Source of the DNA: Candidatus Sumerlaeaceae bacterium | GTDB taxonomy: Bacteria > Sumerlaeota > Sumerlaeia > Sumerlaeales > Sumerlaeaceae | Assembly: GCA_051003195.1 (NCBI GenBank) | Contig: JBPCLP010000043.1 | Location: forward strand, 38,914 to 102,913 | Reading direction: 5' to 3' | DNA: 64,000 nt | Shown: positions 58,219-64,000 of the stretch, in pieces | Layout: every line of letters starts with the position of its first letter | Numbering within the stretch: the first letter of the stretch is position 1 | Program-made: the position numbers and the translations under genes | The notes under the pieces: generated by a model | What the model was told of the DNA's origin: nothing | The model's input: the letters and a program-made list of their open reading frames with translations, nothing else | The model's database searches: none

Positions 58219-59058
58219 GTGAGAGGCAAATTGGCTAAAAAGAAATCGGATAAGAAACCTTCCTCGAAACAGAAAATGGGGCGGCCAGCTCCGCAGCCGG
58301 AAGGATGGGACGAGGATCTTCACCGGCGTGGGCTTGACGCACTCATCGCAGCCCTGGGCGAGGAGGATGCGCAGAAGTTCCTGATGATGACGGGCGTGAG
58401 TGCCACCTCGTACTTCCTGGAGCATGCATTGGGAGGGCTTATACCGGACCCGCTGGTTTATGTTTTGAAGATCACGTTGCGCGATTCAAAGCCGGTGATC
58501 TGGCGCCGAATGAGTCTTTGGAGTACCTGCTCACTGGGAGAGCTGCATAGCGCGCTCCAGATCGCGTTTGGGTGGCTCAACTCACATCTGCACAGGTTCG
58601 AGAACAAGCACGGGCAGTTTGCGCCGTTCTATGATGATGTTCCCGACGCCAACATTGAAGGTGCTCGCGACGAAGATGAAACACTGCTGGCCGAAGTGCT
58701 GCAAAAAAAGGGTGATAAGCTGACATACGTGTATGACATGGGAGATAATTGGGAGCACGAGATTGTGCTGGAGAAAACCCTGGCGGTTCCCAATGGTGAA
58801 GTGCACCCCCCGGCTCCGGTATGCATGGGTGGCGAAAATGCAGGACCCCCAGAAGATAGCGGTGGTGTGTTCGGGTATGAGGAAGGACTTCAAATTCTCT
58901 CCGATCCCAAGGATGAGCAGTATGAGGATTATCGTGAGTGGTACGGGGAGGACTTTGATGCAACGCACTTCGACCTGAAGGAAACCAACGACGAGCTGAA
59001 GGATTACTGGGCGCACTTGCAGAAGCTGTTCCGGGAGTTTTTGGAGGAGGAGTCCTAA
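58219..59058 (+). CDS. Plasmid pRiA4b ORF-3 family protein
   Basis: LKITLRDSKPVIWRR, LH.ALQ.AFGW.NSHLH.F, YVYDMGDNWEHEI, C.GGE.AGPPED.GG..GY. Confidence 0.9.
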   Translation: MRGKLAKKKSDKKPSSKQKMGRPAPQPEGWDEDLHRRGLDALIAALGEEDAQKFLMMTGVSATSYFLEHALGGLIPDPLVYVLKITLRDSKPVIWRRMSLWSTCSLGELHSALQIAFGWLNSHLHRFENKHGQFAPFYDDVPDANIEGARDEDETLLAEVLQKKGDKLTYVYDMGDNWEHEIVLEKTLAVPNGEVHPPAPVCMGGENAGPPEDSGGVFGYEEGLQILSDPKDEQYEDYREWYGEDFDATHFDLKETNDELKDYWAHLQKLFREFLEEES

Positions 59059-59060
59059 GT

Positions 59061-59113
59061 TCGGGGGACAGCTTCCGATCGTTATGAATGGTTGCGGAGC
59101 TGACCCAAGAACT
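59061..59113 (+). repeat. REP-like family A copy between convergent genes
   Basis: TCGGGGGACAGCTTCCGATCGTTATGAATGGTTGCGGAGCTGACCCAAGAACT. Confidence 0.88.
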
Positions 59114-59161
59114 ACCCCAGAACTCCGCGTTTCGCCGCAAGGTGAAGCAATGCATTGTAAC

Positions 59162-60310
59162 TTACTGGTAGAGAACCCACTTCGCAGCATCGACGCTGGT
59201 GGGCAAAGGCATCTCGCTGATCCAGGCTCGAATCAGAGCAACGCCTTCGGTATCCACGCGCGAGGTGCCCAGCGGCGGCATTTGATGTGCGACGCCACGC
59301 TCGGACATTCGTTTAACCAGTACCGACCGATCTGGTTCACGTGGTGCAATAATGCGCGCATTCGTGATGCCCAGATCGCCCCGCACTGGCAACGCGCCAA
59401 CCGTGTTGGTATTTTCTGTCGCAGTCTGCCACCGGAAATCCATTGTCGACGGCGCGCCGCCGCCGGGCTGGTGGCACATGGAGCAGTTTGCAGCCAGATA
59501 CGCGCGTGCGCGGCTTTCAGTGGTTGCCGAAGTGTCGTAGGGATCGGGCATGCGCGGCAAGGACGCCGGCGGTGAGGGAAGTGCACTCGTGAAAAAATTA
59601 ATGTGATCCAGCGTCCGCAGCTGATTATCCGTAACGCCCGTAGCAGGATACAAGAATTCATCATTCATTTGTGCCGTGTTAAGACTTAGTGTGCCATTGG
59701 CAGCGTTTGTATGGCACTGGATGCATTGAGATCGGCTTGGAAACTGCCATGTATAACTCGAGGTCGAACCGCTGGTGTCCGTTAACACGAAACTGCGCGT
59801 TGCGGCCGCCGGCAGCAGGTCTGCATCGGTCTGGCTGTCATTCCAGCGATACGAAAAGCCATTCCAGACGCTGTTTTTCTTGTAGAGAAGACGGGTTTCG
59901 ATTCGTTTTGCGGTTCCTGTTGGATCGCGGTCGTCCAGTGGAAGTACGAAGTTTTTGATGAGCAAGGCATTCTCGCTGAAATCCCAGCCGGTATCATACC
60001 GAAACCCGGCTTTGTCCAGATTCGGAAGGGCCAGAAACCTTTCTTTCCGGGCACCATCGGACCAGAGCTTTGCACTTGGCACGTAGGGAATAATCCCTTG
60101 AGCTGTCTGGTCCAGCCCTAACCCGGCGCTGAGAAGCGCTGGAATGTCGCTGAGCCGGTTGGGAAACGCCGTACTATCGATCTGTAACGAAGTGTTTGAT
60201 GCTCGGCTGTCGATGCCATAGGGTTGCGCCACTGCAGAAACCGTCAAAAGGCATGCAAGCAGGGTTATTACAACTCTCAGGATTGGCACACGGTTCCTCA
60301 GACACGACAT
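59162..60310 (-). CDS. Secreted diheme c-type cytochrome (SO2930-like) with C-terminal W-x-L-Y motif
   Basis: Signal peptide; LWSDGARKER, RIETRLL, SYRWN...DA.L, CIQCH, RARAYL.ANCSMCH, QMPPLG; ends TSVDAAKWVLYQ. Confidence 0.82.
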   Translation of the reverse strand: MSCLRNRVPILRVVITLLACLLTVSAVAQPYGIDSRASNTSLQIDSTAFPNRLSDIPALLSAGLGLDQTAQGIIPYVPSAKLWSDGARKERFLALPNLDKAGFRYDTGWDFSENALLIKNFVLPLDDRDPTGTAKRIETRLLYKKNSVWNGFSYRWNDSQTDADLLPAAATRSFVLTDTSGSTSSYTWQFPSRSQCIQCHTNAANGTLSLNTAQMNDEFLYPATGVTDNQLRTLDHINFFTSALPSPPASLPRMPDPYDTSATTESRARAYLAANCSMCHQPGGGAPSTMDFRWQTATENTNTVGALPVRGDLGITNARIIAPREPDRSVLVKRMSERGVAHQMPPLGTSRVDTEGVALIRAWISEMPLPTSVDAAKWVLYQ

Positions 60311-60421
60311 ATGGAGTTCGGAACGCCCCATGGTCAATACAAACGTGGTGTTGGCGTGACGCTTAGTGGTTGTAAGATCACTTTCGCAGGCGCAAAAGCC
60401 TGGCCCCAGGGCGACCAGAGA

Positions 60422-60494
60422 GAAACTCGGGAAACTCGGTGACAGGTTATGTATTAGTTAATGGATAACCTGTCACCGAATTTCCGAGTTTCCC
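60422..60494. repeat. REP-like palindrome, family B
   Basis: 15-bp perfect inverted repeat TCGGTGACAGGTTAT 60436-60450 / ATAACCTGTCACCGA 60465-60479 with 8-9-bp tandem duplications outside both arms. Confidence 0.85.
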
Positions 60495-60506
60495 GGATAA
60501 GGTTAG

Positions 60507-61223
60507 TTAATAAAGACTCCACTCATTGACGCTGCTTGGTGGTGTGTAGGTAATCGTAAGTACGGGACGATTCCCCGTCGTCGGGCTTTCTTTTGTACTG
60601 TATCGCGTCGCGGTTGCAAGAACAGACTCATCGCCTCGAACCAGCCACCCGAAGTTTGTGGCGGGACTGGCAAACCAGCCCTGAACGTTCGAAAGTGTGG
60701 CGGCTGAAGTCCAGGTGTACAAGCCGATGACGTCTACTGATGTTGTCGCGCTGGGGGTCGCATTAAAGTCACCGCCAGCCGCGGTCCAGTCGGAGGCGGT
60801 ATTAAAAAACCGTTTCGTCCATGTCGCGTCACTGGTGGTAGCGGCAATGCCCGAACCTTCGTTGGCGGCGGCGTCTGATGTACCCTGACCCCAGTCAGCA
60901 GTAACTGCGTGTATTGATACCAGGCTTGCGCCGGGGGGGGATTTCGTCATCGTCAGTTTCAGGGTCGCACCCGATATGGTGGATCCTGCCGGAACTGAGG
61001 CCGCTACGTCAAAAGCAATAACACCGCGGCGTAACTTACCGCCGCCCGTGGTGTTGACTCTGCCCGCGAAAAAGTGCTCGCCAGCTCCGTTGGCAAGGCT
61101 GCCGGTCGCGTCTTCATAAAGAGTCGCGTCCTTACTGGCCGGTACGTCAACCGTAGCTGCGGTTACTGCTGCCGCAATCATCCCGGAAAAGGCCAGACCG
61201 GCAATTCGTTTCAGATAAACCAT
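60507..61223 (-). CDS. Secreted DNRLRE-domain protein with C-terminal W-x-L-Y motif
   Basis: Signal peptide; KDATLYE...LANGAG..FFAGR, RRGVIAFDV...VPAGSTI..ATL.L, DWGQGTS, VQGW..SPATNFGW, RPVLTITY; ends SSVNEWSLY. Confidence 0.8.
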   Translation of the reverse strand: MVYLKRIAGLAFSGMIAAAVTAATVDVPASKDATLYEDATGSLANGAGEHFFAGRVNTTGGGKLRRGVIAFDVAASVPAGSTISGATLKLTMTKSPPGASLVSIHAVTADWGQGTSDAAANEGSGIAATTSDATWTKRFFNTASDWTAAGGDFNATPSATTSVDVIGLYTWTSAATLSNVQGWFASPATNFGWLVRGDESVLATATRYSTKESPTTGNRPVLTITYTPPSSVNEWSLY

Positions 61224-61344
61224 GAGTTTCTCCCCAACTTAGCTTTGATTACCGTGAAGAACCCGGCGACCTGCCACAAAATTCACTTTCAGACCTGCTT
61301 CAGTTCCGTGGACAGTGGCGCAGCCGATCTGCGACCGTGCCGCG

Positions 61345-61400
61345 GGAGATCGGGCGACAGCTCCCGATCGTTAAGAAGGGTTGCGGAGCTGACCCCAGAA
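61345..61400 (+). repeat. REP-like family A copy
   Basis: GGAGATCGGGCGACAGCTCCCGATCGTTAAGAAGGGTTGCGGAGCTGACCCCAGAA. Confidence 0.88.
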
Positions 61401-61706
61401 TCTCGAACAATTCGCATAGGAGAATGCAATGGCTCTACACCTTCTGCGGATCAAGCAATTCTTAACTGCTTGAACCCTCACGTTGGCTCTTTCAAGTCCC
61501 CCGCCCGTTGCACTTCGGTTGGCAATCCGCCCGGCCCTTCCTCGGCATCGCATTGGAAAGTCGACCCGTTGCCGAGAAAGTGATCGCGATGGCGAGGAAT
61601 TTTCATCGTTTCAGGGTGCCGCCCGGCGGCATGACGACTGTCCCCTCAAATGCGGTGATGCGGGTGAGGCGCTTGAGGGAGAGGCCGGGTGTTAGCAGCT
61701 ACTGAC

Positions 61707-63389
61707 CTAGTGGATGGTGTGAGCCTTCACCTGCTCGCCCAGTTTCAGGTTGTCCCGATAATCGATCGGGACGTCGATAATGACGGGGCCTTGCATCTCC
61801 AGCGCTTTGCGCAGCGTTGGAACAAGGTCGTCCGGGCTGTTGATTCGGAACGCGGCGGCGCCGAAACTTTCCGCGAACTTGACCAGATCCGGTTCCCCGA
61901 AGCGAACGCCCGATTCGCGCCCGTATTTCATCATTTGCTGTATACGCACCAGGTCATAGCTGCCATCGCGCCAGATAAAGTGGACCAGGGGGGCCCGGAG
62001 GCGGACCGCCGTTTCCAGCTCCACGGCCGAGAAAAGAAACCCGCCGTCGCCCGATATGGAAACGACTTTCTTTCCGGGCCGGGCCAGAGTGGCCGCGATG
62101 GCCCAGGGTAATGCAACCCCCAGGGTCTGCTGGCCATTGCTGAAAAGCAGATGGCGAGGCTGGTGGATCACGAAGTAGCGGGCCATCCAGACATACACGG
62201 ACCCGATGTCGCAGGCTACCGTCACATCGTCGGGGAGATTGTTGTAAAGGTCGTGGATGAATCGGAGAGGGTGAATAGGCGTCGACGTGATTGTCTTACC
62301 TTCATCGATTTCCGCCCACAGCTGGCGCTGAAGCGTGGCAACGAGCTTCGTCTCGCTCTCGGCAACTGCCGGCCGGGCATTTCGTCCGATGGCGTCGAGC
62401 GTCGAAGCGATTTCTCCGATAACTTCTGCGTCGGGCTGATAGGTGCCGTCGATATCGGCTTCAATGAAGTCGAGGTGAATGAGCTTGGCCTTACTGTCTA
62501 CGTGCCACAACGCCGAGTCATATTCTACCTCGTCGTAGCCGACCGTGAGAATGAGGTCTGCACGGTCCAGAAGCTGGTCTCCGGGCTGATTATGGAAGAG
62601 TCCGACACGTCCGACAAAGCAATGGAGAAGCTCGCGGGGAACAACGCCCGATGCCTCGAAAGTGCAAACAACGGGAATGGGACTGTTGCTCAGGAAGCGT
62701 CGGACCGCCAGCGTCGCAGAAGGTTCACTTGCGGCGCGGCCGAGGAATAGCACCGGCAACCGGGCTTTGTTGAGTAGCTCAGTCACTTCTTCCACGGCCG
62801 TCGGGTGGGCGGGGCCGCGCAACGGGTCTCCCCGGTCCGGAATCGGCTGCACGTCGGTTTCCGCATTCAGCACATCGGACGGAAGAGTGATATAAACCGC
62901 GCCAGGCCGCGGCGCACTGGCAATGCGAAAGGAGTTGGAGACCACTTCGGCGATATTGGAAGGGGCGACCACCTCGATGCTGGACTTGGTAATTGGTCGG
63001 AAAACGGAGGCTGTATCCATACTCTGATGGGATCTCTTGAGACGCGAGGAGCGAGGAACCGCACCAGTAATGGCCACGACCGGATCTCCCTCGGTCGTCG
63101 CCGTGGCAAGGGCCGTGGCGAGATTTGTCGCCCCGGGGCCTGAGGTCGCAAGGCAGACTCCCGGCGATCCCGTGAGCCGCCCGATGGCCGCAGCCATGAA
63201 CCCGGCGTTCTGTTCATGCCGGCACACGATCAGCTCTGGGCCGCGGTAGGTCAGCACGTCGAAGACGCGGTCGATTTTTGCGCCCGGGATCCCGAAGATA
63301 TAGGGAACCTTGTGCTCCTCGAGACATTCCACCAGCAAATCGGCGCCAACGCGCGGAAGTTCTCGCTTATTTGCATTTTTATCGCTCAT
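61707..63389 (-). CDS. alsS: Catabolic acetolactate synthase (AlsS/BudB type, ThDP-dependent)
   Basis: [70 protein letters not shown]. Confidence 0.9.
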   Translation of the reverse strand: MSDKNANKRELPRVGADLLVECLEEHKVPYIFGIPGAKIDRVFDVLTYRGPELIVCRHEQNAGFMAAAIGRLTGSPGVCLATSGPGATNLATALATATTEGDPVVAITGAVPRSSRLKRSHQSMDTASVFRPITKSSIEVVAPSNIAEVVSNSFRIASAPRPGAVYITLPSDVLNAETDVQPIPDRGDPLRGPAHPTAVEEVTELLNKARLPVLFLGRAASEPSATLAVRRFLSNSPIPVVCTFEASGVVPRELLHCFVGRVGLFHNQPGDQLLDRADLILTVGYDEVEYDSALWHVDSKAKLIHLDFIEADIDGTYQPDAEVIGEIASTLDAIGRNARPAVAESETKLVATLQRQLWAEIDEGKTITSTPIHPLRFIHDLYNNLPDDVTVACDIGSVYVWMARYFVIHQPRHLLFSNGQQTLGVALPWAIAATLARPGKKVVSISGDGGFLFSAVELETAVRLRAPLVHFIWRDGSYDLVRIQQMMKYGRESGVRFGEPDLVKFAESFGAAAFRINSPDDLVPTLRKALEMQGPVIIDVPIDYRDNLKLGEQVKAHTIH

Positions 63390-63509
63390 ATGATCGACGC
63401 CTACGGGCAGCTCTGCCGGATAGCTATGAATCTTTTAAGAAGCGGAAGCGGCGCACTAACGAGACAAATTCCGTGTCACGATGTCCGCGCCTGGTAACGG
63501 GCGAGAACT

Positions 63510-63710
63510 TCAAGAGAAAACCGAGAAAACCGGGACGTGTAATTTTTCTTTTTCGCGCGAGCGGTTCATGTGAACAAATCCGCCGTCAGATCCGGGTCCT
63601 CCCACCTGCTTGCGCGGGTGACCACGTTTTCGCGCAGGTGCGAGATCCTGCTCCAGCATTTTCTCGATGCGCTTAATAAGCCCGTCGTCAACTCTTGCAA
63701 ATCGAGGCAT
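63510..63710 (-). pseudogene. Internally deleted REP-associated tyrosine transposase (RAYT) remnant
   Basis: MPRFARV (typical RAYT start) fused directly to DDGLIKRIEKMLEQDLAPARKRGHPRK (typical RAYT C-terminus); no HUH motif or catalytic Tyr; flanked by GGGAC-containing REP-like motifs. Confidence 0.6.
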
Positions 63711-64000
63711 GCCGTACCAGCTACTTAATGCATGCAGCTGGAATCAATGGATAACCTGTCCCTTCAACGTCCTCAAAATCCGTCAGCCATAACGAACGTG
63801 CAGGACAACAGTACGGCTGCTACAATGGACACCAATTGCGGGTTGTTTCCTGCATGGGGTTTTTGGTAGCTTCAGGAAAAGCGAAAGCAAGCTTTCGCAC
63901 TTGTACGTAGGGTGCGTGGAACATTTCGAGCGTGGGTGTGGACATATACGAGTAGTCGTCGGTGGGGGGTGCAGGGGGGTGCTCCTCGGTCTGTGGATTG

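Noticed and set aside
51709..61400. Family A repeats as a CRISPR array or integron attC sites
   Set aside because: Spacing is kilobases and irregular, there are no cas or intI genes, and there are no RYYYAAC...GTTRRRY boundaries.

Overview
Bacterial chromosomal window of moderately high GC with no rRNA, tRNA or CRISPR array that I can see. The gene repertoire and C-terminal motifs suggest a PVC-like or candidate-phylum diderm, possibly Ca. Sumerlaeota/BRC1 (inference from memory, not tested). About 1-47.8 kb is backbone: nadC, glmS, a wecA-like transferase, tyrS, rimO, a nitrite/sulfite reductase, two-component and sigma-54 regulators, a Ser/Thr kinase, a tandem-FHA protein, glycosyltransferases, a 1496-aa gingipain/PorU-like C25 peptidase, and a full-length homologue of eukaryotic glucokinase regulatory protein. 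About 47.8-64 kb is an accessory zone with two toxin-antitoxin pairs, secreted proteins, several REP/MITE-like repeat families (one nested) and an internally deleted RAYT transposase. The most striking observation is that five unrelated signal-peptide-bearing proteins end in the same short motif, [TS]-[AS]-[VA]-x(2-4)-W-x-[LH]-Y-x(0-1)-stop. This is a candidate C-terminal sorting or anchoring signal, and the C25 peptidase is a plausible processing enzyme. All family assignments come from motif recognition by eye; no database searches were run.
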